A stretch of 64,000 bases of DNA from Eledone cirrhosa. Its lineage: Eukaryota. The notes beneath the pieces were generated by a model. The model saw nothing but the letters and a program-made list of their open reading frames with translations. It had not been told where the DNA came from and ran no database searches. The stretch spans positions 13,144,001-13,208,000 of the forward strand of contig OZ024754.1 of NCBI GenBank assembly GCA_964016885.1, read 5' to 3'. Both the position numbers and the translations under genes were made by a program. This document shows positions 27,671 to 40,659 of the stretch, piece after piece (the first letter of the stretch is position 1; each line of letters begins with the position of its first letter).

Positions 27671-28952
27671 AAGAAAATACATAAATATTATATATATATA
27701 TAAAAATAAAAAAGTGGAAGGGTAAACAAATGCTAACTTTCTAGACATTAATCTTGATCTACTTACTGCCTCTTTTAAACCTTATCATAAACCTAACGAA
27801 AATCTTAGATATATACACAAAGAGTCTTGCCATCCCCCTATAGTTTTTAAAAATCTTATTCCCAAAATTAGCCGTAGGATTTCTGCCTTATCTTCGTCTC
27901 TAGACATTTTTAACAAAGCCGCCCCTTATTATAATAAAGCCCTTAATAACAGCGGCTTTACAGAACAGATTAAATATTTACCTACTCCTCCCCCTAAAAC
28001 TAACCACAATAATAGGAAAAGGAAAATTATTTGGTTTACACTCCCCTTATCTCTAACTGTCAAAACTAATGTAGGAAGGAAATTCCTTGACCTCTTAGAC
28101 AAACATTTTCCTCCTAATCATAGATATTATAAGATATTTAAAAGAAATGTAGTTAAAATCAGTTACTCTTGCTGCCCATCAATGAAGTCTAAAATCACCA
28201 ATTCTAATCGTACGAGAATAAATCCAGGATGCAGTTGCAGGAAGCCGGATGAATGCCCATTACAGGGCAAATGTAATAACAAATCCGTTGTATATGAGGC
28301 CAAAGTGACACCTTTAATTAACAACCAGACATCCAGGAGTGACCGATATGTTGGCATGACTCAGGACAGGTTCAAAACCAGGTTTTATGCACATGTTGCT
28401 TCTTTTAAACACTCTGATAAAAGAACAGCAACGGCTCTCGCAAATAAGGTGTGGGAATTCAAAGATAAAAACATTCCGTACTCTATCGATTGGTCTATTT
28501 TAGACCATCAGAGGGTATACCAAAGGGGCACAAAGAATTGTTCTTTGTGTACCACTGAAAAATTTAGGATTCTACAAAACTTGAAAACCACTTCAACTTG
28601 CCCGAACTCCAAGACCGAGATCTTCAGATATTGTTCTCACCTGAAATCACATCTGATCTATAACTGGATTGACATTCCTACGATGACTCAACCACCTTGT
28701 ACTTCTTTTCTGCTCTATACGCTTTACATCCACTACGATTTGTATTACTCTCTGAACTCACTTTCTGTACTCTTATATTTTTTTCTCCCTTATCTCCCCT
28801 TATATTTAAACTGTTTCCTATGTTATTTATTTTCCTTATTCCCCCCTACTTTCTACCTTACATACCCAACTTTTTTCTACCTTACATACCCACCTTTTTT
28901 ATTTATAGATATTTATTTCTGTATGTATGTGTTGTGTATATGTGTATGTGTG

Positions 28953-28983
<31 letters not shown>

Positions 28984-29203
28984 GTATGTAATTATATATA
29001 TATGTATGCATAATTACATACAGAGTGATTTAATGTTTATTTTCATTGATTATTTGCTCTAGGAATTTGTTGAGTGCTCTAAATCAGCTATAAATATTTA
29101 TACCTTTATCTATTTATTTATTTATTATTTCTCGTATTCCTAACTATTTGTTTACCCTTCCACTTTTTTATTTTTATATATATATATAATATTTATGTAT
29201 TTT

Positions 29204-29206
<3 letters not shown>
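27671..29206 (+). mobile_element. 5'-truncated Penelope/Poseidon-type PLE with a short inverted copy of its 3' end
   Basis: 27671-27731 is the reverse complement of 29146-29206; (TA)n on both sides. Confidence 0.85.
27729..28991 (+). CDS. PLE ORF fragment: RT thumb + GIY-YIG endonuclease (no start; homology ends ~28670)
   Basis: Frame open from 27729: NFLDINLDL..FKPYHKPN..YIHKESCHPP..RKIIWF..TNVGRKFL..KISYSC, then CSCRKPDECPLQGKC..SVVYEA..YVGMT..FKTRFYAH..CSLCTTEK. Confidence 0.85.
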
Positions 29207-29246
<40 letters not shown>

Positions 29247-29294
29247 GAAAGGTATAGAAATTGTTTTAGCGAGAAGCTAATAGTATTCTATAAC

Positions 29295-29350
<56 letters not shown>

Positions 29351-29899
29351 GTATGTATGTGTGTGTGTATATATATATGTGTGTATATGTGTGTGTATAT
29401 ATATATATGTGTATATATATATATGTATATGTGTGTGTATGTGTGTGTATGTATGTATATATTTATATGTGTGTATGTGTATGTGTAAATGTGTGTATTG
29501 CTTACCTCGTGTGTTTGTTTATTTATTTGTGTCCTTTCCTGTATCGCTGTCAACTTTATAATAATTTTTATTTTTATTTTCTTAAGTCGTGTATTCTTTA
29601 TTTTTATTTTTTTTATTTTGATGTGACGGCCTTTTGCGTCATATGGTTGTCAATTGTTTTTATTTATTTTTTATTATTATTTTTTCTTATAATTAATTGT
29701 GTGTGCGTATGTAGGTGTGTGTACATATATCTATATATGTGTGTGCGTAAGTATGCGTGTATATGTGTGTGTGTGTATGTGTGTGTATGTACGTGTGTAT
29801 ATGTGAATGATTATATGTGTGTATGTGTATATATGTGTGTATATATATATATATATATGTGTGTGTTTATGTGTATATATGTGTATATGTATATATATA

Positions 29900-29930
<31 letters not shown>

Positions 29931-30895
29931 GTGTATGTATATGTGTGTGTGCGCGCGTGTGTGTGTGCATGTGTATTCATCTACTTTTATTCATCTACTT
30001 TTATATTTATTCTGAGATCGAATGTGACTTTTTAGCCCAGCCAATGATATAAAATGTCTTGCACATAATTGCCAACCAAAACATTCACTGGCCATAGCCG
30101 TCTGTGGTTGCATTTCATGTACTTTTGCATGTCATTTGAGCCCTCCCTGCTGATTTATACTCTCTTCCACATACATACATACATACATACATACATACAT
30201 ACATACATACATACATACATACATACATACATACATACACACGTACGTACGTAAATATATACATTCATGCATGCATACACACACACAGATTAATGATTAA
30301 AGTGGTAGAAAAACCAGGAACTACCAAAAAGTCCCTGATCAGCAAGACATACCCCTTTAAAAAACCCACTGTACTAATAAGAAATGTGTTATATGTAGAA
30401 TAAATCCACAAATAAATTGTAAAACTATAAATATAGTCTGTAGCATAAGATGTACAGAGGGTACTTGCAGAAACATGACAATGACATACATAAGTGAGAC
30501 AGCTCGAAGCATAGGAGAAAGAATAGACCAACACTGGGGGGAACTAAAAGGACAAAAAGACGGTTCGGTACTATATGAACACGCCAGACAAAGACATGAC
30601 GGTAACATAGGCAACATAGAAATTAAAATAATGTCTAAACATAGAAATGACTCGACATGTAAGTAAATCAGAGAAGCATCTGAGATAGAACTAAGAAAAC
30701 TGAAGTTGAAGAAGAAAAATGAATAAAATAACAACAACAACAACCAGACACAAACAGTACAATAACAACAGCCACACATAAACACACACTAGTGAACAAA
30801 GATAGAATACAAACACACACAGACTCAGACACTCACACAGACTCAGACACATACACACACACACACACAAACGCATGCGCAAACAGAGACAAGAA

Positions 30896-30926
<31 letters not shown>

Positions 30927-30970
30927 AAATGGAATAGACATTGCAATACAACGAGAGGAAACATAATAGG

Positions 30971-31010
30971 ACCACTGATGAAGTCACAGGTTGTGACGAA
31001 ATAACTTTGA
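30971..31010 (+). ncRNA. Degenerate minimal hammerhead in PLE 3' UTR
   Basis: ACCA-CTGATGA-A-GTCACA(GGT)TGTGAC-GAAA; stem III decayed. Confidence 0.55.
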
Positions 31011-31025
31011 TATAATATATATATA

Positions 31026-31104
<79 letters not shown>

Positions 31105-31107
<3 letters not shown>

Positions 31108-31632
31108 TTTACGTATCGGGAAAGAGAGAAAAAGGAGGGATAGGTGATACATATAGTTATTTGCCAAGTAGCGTATGCCAAAGGTGCTCGATACTAGTGC
31201 CGGCAGTATTAAATATTCGAAGTGTTAATATTTAGTGGGCTAGAGAGTTAGCAGACCGTAAGCACGTGGGAAAGTAAAAATCGGAGAATAGACCGTTAAA
31301 ACATGTTTATTTAAAATATCACCTACGTACGTTTCGCCCAGTTGGGCTTCTCAAGGGCATAAATAATCACAAGTGTTCCTTATATAGTTCGGAAAGAGTT
31401 TTGGGGGTTAAATCTACATCAAAATTTATTGCTCGCAAAAATATCTTGTTTTGATTTTGCAGCAGGTCAAGGGAGGTAACTCTGGCCGGTGTTAGGGCAG
31501 TCTTTCCCGGATAATTTTTTATTTTTTATTTATTTTTATTTATTTTCTTTTTTTTGCCGCATTCGTTTGTCTGAGGCTGGGTCTGGTATGCGAGGATTGT
31601 TTTCTGGGTGTTATTTTGCTGCGCGTGCCCGC

Positions 31633-31635
<3 letters not shown>
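31105..31635 (-). mobile_element. Nested PLE-end insert with variant hammerhead (31320-31360)
   Basis: Minus strand TGCC-CTTGAGAA-GCCCA(AC)TGGGC-GAAACGTACGT-A-GGTG, then AATAAA; (TA)n flanks. Confidence 0.65.
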
Positions 31636-31722
<87 letters not shown>

Positions 31723-31930
31723 GTATTTTTAACCGTTGGTCAATCAATGATAAGCATTAAATGCCAGATAAATTAACGATAGAGATATAAAATATACGGA
31801 AACGGTAACCAACCCAAACCAAACAGTTAGTGTGTTTTATTATAAATTTCTGGCAATGTTATAACAATATGACCCTCCCCAAATATATCAATATATATTT
31901 ATATATATATATATGTGCGTATGTATGTCT

Positions 31931-31973
<43 letters not shown>

Positions 31974-32129
31974 TACATATATGTGTATAAGTATGTATGT
32001 ATGAATGTATGTATATACGTATGTGTGAGTGTGGATAAATTTGGTTGAGCAAATTTGGTCACAGGAGCCACAGTCGCAGCCATGTTCATAGAAAACCAGT
32101 GAACTATGATCTCCAATGTGTTGTGAAGG

Positions 32130-32225
32130 TTGACAATACCTGAGGCCAGGGAGATCCATAGTTGTCGTCAGTGTGTGAAGGAGTGCAAGTCTCTAGCAGG
32201 CTTGAAAAGGCATATCCGAGCGATT
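32130..32225 (+). pseudogene. C2H2-like C-terminus of an RTE-type LINE ORF (remnant)
   Basis: CRQCVKECKSLAGLKRHIR. Confidence 0.45.
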
Positions 32226-32261
32226 GCAATACTCTTAGCAGAGTTTGCAGCTATCATATAC

Positions 32262-32325
<64 letters not shown>

Positions 32326-32454
32326 ATAATAAATTTGAAGAGTAAAATCCAAAGAGGGATAAATATATATAAAATATAATGACGTATTATCTTCGTTTTT
32401 TTTGTTTCGTTCTTTGCCAGGAAACGTTTCCACGAACCAAAGTATCGTCTTCCT

Positions 32455-32592
32455 GTCTTCCTTCGGTTGCAACGTTTTTCGAAATATTCACTTCTGCGTT
32501 CACAGATTGACTTTTTAGTTTTTTTAGTTTCAGAAGATCCCGTTAAGGGTGAAAGCAGCGATTCTTTGCTTAAACTTTAATCTGTTATTTTA

Positions 32593-32598
<6 letters not shown>
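32455..32598 (+). mobile_element. Short repeat ending in (TA)n; copies at 34936-35070 and (partial) 23490-23530
   Basis: Shared ...ATTCTTTGCTTAAACTTTAATCTGTTATTTTAATAAATATA end; HHR-like CAGAAGA-TCCC(GTTAA)GGGT-GAAA. Confidence 0.6.
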
Positions 32599-32690
<92 letters not shown>

Positions 32691-33041
32691 GGAAAATAAG
32701 ATTGGCTGTGAAGTTGCAATTAAGGTAGCTTAAAATGGAGTGAGAATAAGAAGAAAGCAAGAACGAACGGGGGAGGGGGGGGTCCTCATCAGTTTCTTAC
32801 CTTAAGTTTTTCACACATTGCTCGGTTTGTTGTGTTTTTCGCTGTTTTCTCTTTTCTTTTTCCTTCTATTTTCCTTCCCTCCTCCTCCATTTTCCCAATA
32901 ACTTACCCAGTTATTGAACCCTCTGGGCGGTAGATATATTGTCTTTGAATCGTGGACATATCCGAAACCCCTAGTAGACAACTGATGAGGAAAACTCCCC
33001 CGTCTCTTGCTTTCTTCTTATTCTCATTCCATTTTAAGCTA
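32691..33041. mobile_element. Fold-back insert (arms 32726-32794 / 32980-33041) with a candidate permuted hammerhead at 32929-32991 (+)
   Basis: GGTA[GATATA]TTGTCT...TCC-GAAACCCC...AGACAA-CTGATGA-GGA. Confidence 0.6.
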
Positions 33042-33772
33042 TATATATCTCTATATATATATGTGTGTGCGCGTGTGTGTGTGTGCGTGTTCGTGTGCGT
33101 GTGCGTATGTGTGTGTATGTGTGTGTGTGTGCGTGTGTGTGTGTGTGTGTGTGCGTGTGTATGTATGTCTAATATCTTATGAGAGCATTGAACCAAATAT
33201 TGATAAGGATATTAAAGTGGTATGGAGTATTTCGAAGATTATAATATTCTCAGTCTATTTTGACGTTAAAAAATAAGAGGTTTCTACTCAGAATTGGATC
33301 TCGCATTTAACCTTTGCAATAGAAATCCAGATAATTATTGAAGAATATTGTAAAAAATATATATATATATATATATAATAATAACTTCTTTTTCGAAAAT
33401 CAATATTCATAGAAAGCACAGAGATATTGACGCAGACCACTCGATGAAGTATACAAGCAGGATCGATATAATATGAACTCGAATATGAACGGGAAATCAT
33501 TGATGCGTAAAAAATATGTATGTAAGAAGAGGAATATTGCAGTGTATGGCTGACCGGATGTGGGCTATTATGACAGAGATCGCTACATATATGACATGTG
33601 ACCTTAAACTTGTATATGTAATGGTCAGTTATAGTCTTTCCACACTCGCATCATTAACGCTTGTGTATGGGGAAATAACCTTAACCGATTATAACTAATA
33701 TTATTTGGTGTACATACTCCAATACATATAAAACTGTATGCATATGAATATATTAATATATATGTGTGTGTG

Positions 33773-33812
<40 letters not shown>

Positions 33813-33976
33813 CGTCTGTGAGTGTGTATTTGATTTATATATATATATATATATATATAATATATTTAAATATGTGTGTATGTACATATGTATGTAGATA
33901 TATATGTATCTATGTATCTATATATATCTATGTATGTATATATGTTTGTATGTATATATGTGTGTATGTTTGTGTG

Positions 33977-34056
<80 letters not shown>

Positions 34057-34340
34057 TGTGTGTGTGTGTGTGTGTGTGTATTTATATGTGTATGCTTGTA
34101 AATATATGTCTCTATATGTATAGTTGTATGTATATGTTTGTATGTATATATGTGTGTGTATGTATGTATATATGTGTGTGTATGTATGTAATTATGTATT
34201 TATGTGTACGACTGCAGTTTACACCAGCCATTACAAAACTGTAAAACAATTATATGTAAACATAAATTATCTAGAAGACTATAAACTAAAACTCACGTAA
34301 TTCTCGAGTGTGTGCCTGTTTATGTGTGAGTGCATGTGTG

Positions 34341-34376
<36 letters not shown>

Positions 34377-34460
34377 TTTCTCTTTTAACTATTACTCTTT
34401 TACCTGTTCCAACCATCCGACTGAGGCCATGCTGGGGCACCGCCCTTTTTGCTACACATT

Positions 34461-34917
34461 TTATCTCCAGCCTGTATTGGTTGGCCACTGGTGTAAGAGG
34501 GAGTTTGTTGCTGCTGCCCTTAGGATTCCCTCGTGCCTTGCTGTGGGCTCATCCGGGATCCTGGATAGCAAGGTGTCGAGATGTTTCTTGAAGACATCCA
34601 CCTCCACACCATGCAGATCTCTCAGATCCCTCGGCAGCTTGTTGAAGAGTTGAGGGCCCTTGAATCCCAGACTATTGCAATATCCGCTCCTCGGACCACA
34701 CATCATTAGTTCTACTAAGTTATGATTCCGAGAAAATTGTTGGTGTCACCTTTACATTGTGGATGAGCACTTCGTTGTTTGTAAAACAATGGTCCAGGAC
34801 ATTTTCGCCTCTTGTTGGGAGGAGTATTGCTTGTTCCATGAACAGCCTGTGTGTGAGGGCCAGAAGGGATTCCGTCTGTCTCTGTTCTATTGACGTCATT
34901 CCAGGGAGGAGGTGGCC
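34461..34917 (-). pseudogene. CR1/L2-like LINE remnant: APE endonuclease C-terminus joined to the ORF2 C-terminus
   Basis: LPTRGENVLDHCFTNNEVLIHNVKVTPTIFS/HNLV followed by GPQLFNKLPRDLR...FKKHLDTLLSRIPDEP. Confidence 0.75.
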
Positions 34918-35116
34918 CTCATATATATATATATGTCTTCCTCCGGTTGCAACGTTTTTTGAAATATCCAGTTCTGCGTTTACAGATTGACTTTGTTAGT
35001 TTCAGAAGATCCCGTTAAGGGTGAAAGCAGCAATTCTTTGCTTAAACTTTAATCTGTTATTTTAATAAATATATATATATATATATAAAATTTATACTGT
35101 ATATATACTGTATATG

Positions 35117-36182
<1,066 letters not shown>

Positions 36183-36310
36183 GTAGGAGGTGAGTTTTAT
36201 TGTAGTACAATAAAGCAATGCAGATATCCGATAAGAAGCACTCTACAGTTTGTAGGACTGGAGTATACATAATATATAAGATCAAAAGATGGTTAAATGA
36301 GTTCCATGTA

Positions 36311-36377
36311 TTTTATTATGCGCATTTCAAAAACAAATATCATCTTGCAATAACATTTGTGTTTTCATCAGATAAAA
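36311..36377 (-). ncRNA. Type I hammerhead ribozyme (family B)
   Basis: Reverse complement of 36498-36564. Confidence 0.8.
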
Positions 36378-36497
36378 TAGGAAGACATGATATGAAGGTT
36401 AAAAACACTTGTGGATAGAGCAGTTTTAAATGAACATATGTTGATTTAAAACTGCACTATCCACAAGTGTTTTTAACCTTCATATCATGTCTTCCTA

Positions 36498-36564
36498 TTT
36501 TATCTGATGAAAACACAAATGTTATTGCAAGATGATATTTGTTTTTGAAATGCGCATAATAAAA
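36498..36564 (+). ncRNA. Type I hammerhead ribozyme (family B)
   Basis: TTTTAT-CTGATGA-AAACACAAATGTTAT(TGCAAG)ATGATATTTGTTTTT-GAAATGCGCAT-A-ATAAAA. Confidence 0.8.
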
Positions 36565-36879
36565 TACATGGAACTCATTTAACCATCTTTTGATCTTATA
36601 TATATATATATATACATATACATATAGTTTTGCGAGGTTTTTTATATGAAATCGTGTGTCGAAACAGATATTGTTATATTTGGGGAGGGTCATATTTGCG
36701 TAATATTGCCAGAATTAATAACAGAACACACTCACTGTTTGGTTGGTTTTCGCTTCTCGCTGTCTTTTATATATATATATCTGCGATCTAACTTACTCGG
36801 TCCTCAATGTTGCCATTGACTGACCGGCGGTCAAAAATAATACAGATACAATATAGACAAACACATATATATATAGTTT

Positions 36880-36920
36880 ACATAAATCTTTCGTTGCACA
36901 TCTGCAACATCGTCAGTGGT
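36880..36920 (-). ncRNA. Minimal hammerhead-like motif in pLTR
   Basis: Reverse complement of 39647-39687. Confidence 0.6.
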
Positions 36921-37190
36921 GTTATATTCATTGTTCCTCCTGTTGTGTTGTATGTCTACGCCATTTTTTTTTTGTTCAGTCTGTCTATATATTTATTTAT
37001 TTATTTGCTTGTTTGTTTATCTTATTTTATTTTGTCTTCTTTGCGCATGCGTTTGCGTGTGTGTATAGTGTTATGTGTGATGTGTGACTAGTGTGTATAG
37101 TGTTGTGTCTGCTGGGTGACTAGTGTGTGTTTATGTGCTTGTGTATGTATTTATTTATCTTATTTTATTTAATTTAATTTTCTTATTTAT

Positions 37191-39101
37191 TTATACTTCT
37201 CTTAGGTCAGTGTTGTTTGTTTGGGTGTTGTTGTTGTTCCACTCATTCTTTCTGTTTAGCTTTGGTCTTCTAATTTCTATTTCACTGGCCTCTCTGATTT
37301 GCCTATCTGCTGGGTCATTCCTATGTTTAGATATTATTCTAATTTCTATGTTGTCTATGTTACAGTCATGATGTTGTCTAGCATGTTCGTATAGTACTGA
37401 CCCGTTTTTTCGTCCTTTTAGTTCCCCCCAGTGTTGGTCTATCCTTTCACCTATGCTACGAGCTGTCTCACCTATGTATGTTGTTGTCGTGTTTCTGCAA
37501 GTACCCTCTGTACATCTTATGCTATAGACTACGTTTCTAGTTTTACAGTTTATCCGGGGGTTCACCTTACATATGATACATTTCCTATTGGTACAGTGGG
37601 TTTTCTTAAAAGGGTAGGTTTTGCTGATCAGGGATTTTATGGTGGTTCCTGGCTTTTCTACCACCTTTATTTTTAAGTGGGTCTTTCTCAGGGCCTTTCT
37701 ACACTGGTTAGCTAATTTCCCTCCAGGGGTGGCGTCCACAAACATGACACTCTGATATCTCTGGTTGTCGTACCATGATGTGGCCTTCCCTATCTTATGT
37801 CTAGCCCTATCTAAGCTATTCCATGATTTGCTCCTGTATAGTGGGCAAATTCCTTTCATGTCCAGTTCTATGAGGGTCTTATACTTTTCCATGGCTCCTT
37901 CGTATACTCTGACTCTGTCTCTTTGGTTGTAGCCAGAGAACTGCATGCGGTTGATGAAGTGTTGGATGTGTCCTTCCATTTCTGTTGGGTCGCACATGCT
38001 GGACACATTCTTCATCACTCGTACCAAATCTGCGATCAGAATATTAAACTTAGCACTACTGGACATTGCTGAGTTTTTGAGTATCAGGTATTTGGAGGCC
38101 ATGGGTTTAGCATAGTGTGAGTGGAGAATTTGGGCTCTCTCGTCTATAGTGTTAATCCAGAGTTCTGTGTCTAATACAGGTAGTCTATTGTTAGGGTGTT
38201 TGGAAGGGAAGTCTATAGTTACAGTTATACTCTGGTGTATGGAATTAGCTATCTGCTGGATGCTTTCCATCGTGCTACGTTCTAAATCAAACTTGTTAGT
38301 GCTCTCTAGTGGGGGTGTTCTTATAACTATATTGATATCGTCTACATAACGAGAGTACATGATGAGGTCTATGGAGCTTTCATTAAGGAGATCTTTAAGT
38401 CTCCTTTCCCACCATACCATGAAAAAGTTGGCAACATCGCCAGCTATGCTGACGCCGATGGCTGCTCCCTCATTTTGGGTGTAGATTTTCTCATTGAACT
38501 TAAATATGTGGCCCTTTAGGGTAGTTTTGATACTAGCCCCTATTGCATGTGCGACCATTTTTCTTACCTGATCAGTGTTTTGGGGGGTCCGTATAGCTTT
38601 GGTCCACCCAATCCACCTTCCTATGGGAGTCTTTTTAGCCATTGAGGTTATGGTGGGGGGTCTACCTCTTATAGGTCTACTAGGGCAGAAACATCTAAGG
38701 TCATGGCTGTCTAGGTAGTCAGTGTCGTAGGTAAGTCTAAGTAGGAGGCCCAGTTCGTCTGTGTCGACGTCGCAGAACTCCACCTCACTCTCAATGATCA
38801 TCTCCACACATCTTTTCACATCAAAATCAATGTTAATGGATGGGTACAGTGACACCACATCCATGCTGCCTATTATGCAGTTGGATAGGCTCCTGTTTTT
38901 GTTGCACTCACTGATTCTGCTGAGGAGGTCCTCTGTACTTTCACATACATCTGGGGACATCTTGATTATGGGGCGTATAACCATTGAGAGGAAGTAGGAG
39001 ATCCTGTAGTTGCTAGCTATATTAGCTCCGCATACAGGTCTTGTTGGTGGTCCTATTGTCGGGTCGTCGACTGTCTTGTGGTCTTTGCGGAGCCCATACA
39101 A
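37191..39101 (-). CDS. PLE reverse transcriptase + Cys-rich linker + GIY-YIG endonuclease (5'-truncated; frame open to the ~39134 junction)
   Basis: GSMDVVSLYPSI, YTQNEGAAIGVSIA, YSRYVDDI, LPVLDTELW, CTNRKCIICK..C, NVVYSIRC...YIGETARSIGERIDQH. Confidence 0.92.
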   Translation of the reverse strand: MYGLRKDHKTVDDPTIGPPTRPVCGANIASNYRISYFLSMVIRPIIKMSPDVCESTEDLLSRISECNKNRSLSNCIIGSMDVVSLYPSINIDFDVKRCVEMIIESEVEFCDVDTDELGLLLRLTYDTDYLDSHDLRCFCPSRPIRGRPPTITSMAKKTPIGRWIGWTKAIRTPQNTDQVRKMVAHAIGASIKTTLKGHIFKFNEKIYTQNEGAAIGVSIAGDVANFFMVWWERRLKDLLNESSIDLIMYSRYVDDINIVIRTPPLESTNKFDLERSTMESIQQIANSIHQSITVTIDFPSKHPNNRLPVLDTELWINTIDERAQILHSHYAKPMASKYLILKNSAMSSSAKFNILIADLVRVMKNVSSMCDPTEMEGHIQHFINRMQFSGYNQRDRVRVYEGAMEKYKTLIELDMKGICPLYRSKSWNSLDRARHKIGKATSWYDNQRYQSVMFVDATPGGKLANQCRKALRKTHLKIKVVEKPGTTIKSLISKTYPFKKTHCTNRKCIICKVNPRINCKTRNVVYSIRCTEGTCRNTTTTYIGETARSIGERIDQHWGELKGRKNGSVLYEHARQHHDCNIDNIEIRIISKHRNDPADRQIREASEIEIRRPKLNRKNEWNNNNTQTNNTDLREV

Positions 39102-39646
39102 GGGTGGTATGCCATTGTTAGACGCCTGGAAGTTGTTGGGGGAACTAAAAGGACGAAAAAACGGGTCAGTACTATACGAACATGCTAGACAACATCATGA
39201 CGGTAACATAGACAACATAGAAATTAGAATAATATCTAAACATAGGAATGACCCAGCAGATAGGCAAATCAGAGAGGCCAGTGAAATAGAAATTAGAAGA
39301 CCAAAGCTAAACAGAAAGAATGAGTGGAACAACAACAACACCCAAACAAACAACACTGACCTAAGAGAAGTATAAATAAATAAGAAAATTAAATTAAATA
39401 AAATAAGATAAATAAATACATACACAAGCACATAAACACACACTAGTCACCCAGCAGACACAACACTATACACACTAGTCACACATCACACATAACACTA
39501 TACACACACGCAAACGCATGCGCAAAGAAGACAAAATAAAATAAGATAAACAAACAAGCAAATAAATAAATAAATATATAGACAGACTGAACAAAAAAAA
39601 AAATGGCGTAGACATACAACACAACAGGAGGAACAATGAATATAAC

Positions 39647-39687
39647 ACCACTGACGATGTTGCAGATGTGCAACGAAAGATTTATGT
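39647..39687 (+). ncRNA. Minimal hammerhead-like motif in pLTR
   Basis: ACCA-CTGACGA-T-GTTGCA(GATG)TGCAAC-GAAAGATTT-A-TGT. Confidence 0.6.
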
Positions 39688-39903
39688 AAACTATATATAT
39701 ATGTGTTTGTCTATATTGTATCTGTATTATTTTTGACCGCCGGTCAGTCAATGGCAACATTGAGGACCGAGTAAGTTAGATCGCAGATATATATATATAA
39801 AAGACAGCGAGAAGCGAAAACCAACCAAACAGTGAGTGTGTTCTGTTATTAATTCTGGCAATATTACGCAAATATGACCCTCCCCAAATATAACAACATA
39901 TAC

Positions 39904-40047
<144 letters not shown>

Positions 40048-40127
40048 GTATATATATGTGTGTATATATATATATGTGTGTATATATATATATGTATATG
40101 TATATAGTTATAGATATATATAGTAAA

Positions 40128-40245
40128 GGCGTGTGGCTGATTGGTTAGTGAACTGGATTCGCAATCGTGAAGTTGTGAGCTCGATTCCTAGACCGGGCGA
40201 TGCATTATGTCCTTGAGCAAGGCACTTTATTTCACGTGGCTCCTT
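40128..40245 (+). mobile_element. tRNA-head SINE, second family
   Basis: GGCGTGTGGCTGATTGGTTAG...GAGCTCGATTCC...TGTCCTTGAGCAAGGCACTT. Confidence 0.7.
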
Positions 40246-40350
40246 CTACCTTGAGTTGCGACCAATTAGTATTAACAATTGGAAAGCCCAACGGAAAGAT
40301 TGTTTCCTCGGTCCGATTTGGCGATCGATATATATATGGATGTATGTATG

Positions 40351-40382
<32 letters not shown>

Positions 40383-40659
40383 CACATACATACTCGACAC
40401 TGGGTGTATATATATACAGATATGTACACATACACACACATACATATATATAATATATATATACATATATTATATATCTATATATACATACATATATATA
40501 TATATACATACATCTATATACATACATCTATATATATATATATATATATATATATAGATGTATGTATATAGATCTATGTATATATATGTATGTATATATA
40601 TATATATATATATAATATATGTATATACATATTATATATATGTATGTGTATGTATGTGT

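Larger units (their letters stand above)
30297..31892 (+). mobile_element. Older decayed copy of the Neptune-like PLE 3' part, split by a nested insert
   Basis: 30297-31010 matches KVVEKPGTT...end of the 37191 ORF and its 3' UTR; 31718-31892 matches 39725-39896. Confidence 0.8.
36185..36598. mobile_element. Family B fold-back insert with two HHR copies
   Basis: Arms 36277-36418 / 36457-36598 (same 61-aa spurious peptide on both strands); homologous to the ends of 51450-53208. Confidence 0.85.
36626..39896 (-). mobile_element. Neptune-like Penelope element, 5'-truncated, with ~760-bp inverted pseudo-LTR arms
   Basis: 36671-37430 is a near-identical reverse complement of 39137-39896; ~45-nt extra tail on the left copy; (TA)n flanks. 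Confidence 0.9.

Noticed and set aside
39010-39375. 121-aa plus-strand ORF
   Set aside because: Chimera of antisense RT sequence and the duplicated GIY-YIG C-terminus across the inversion junction.
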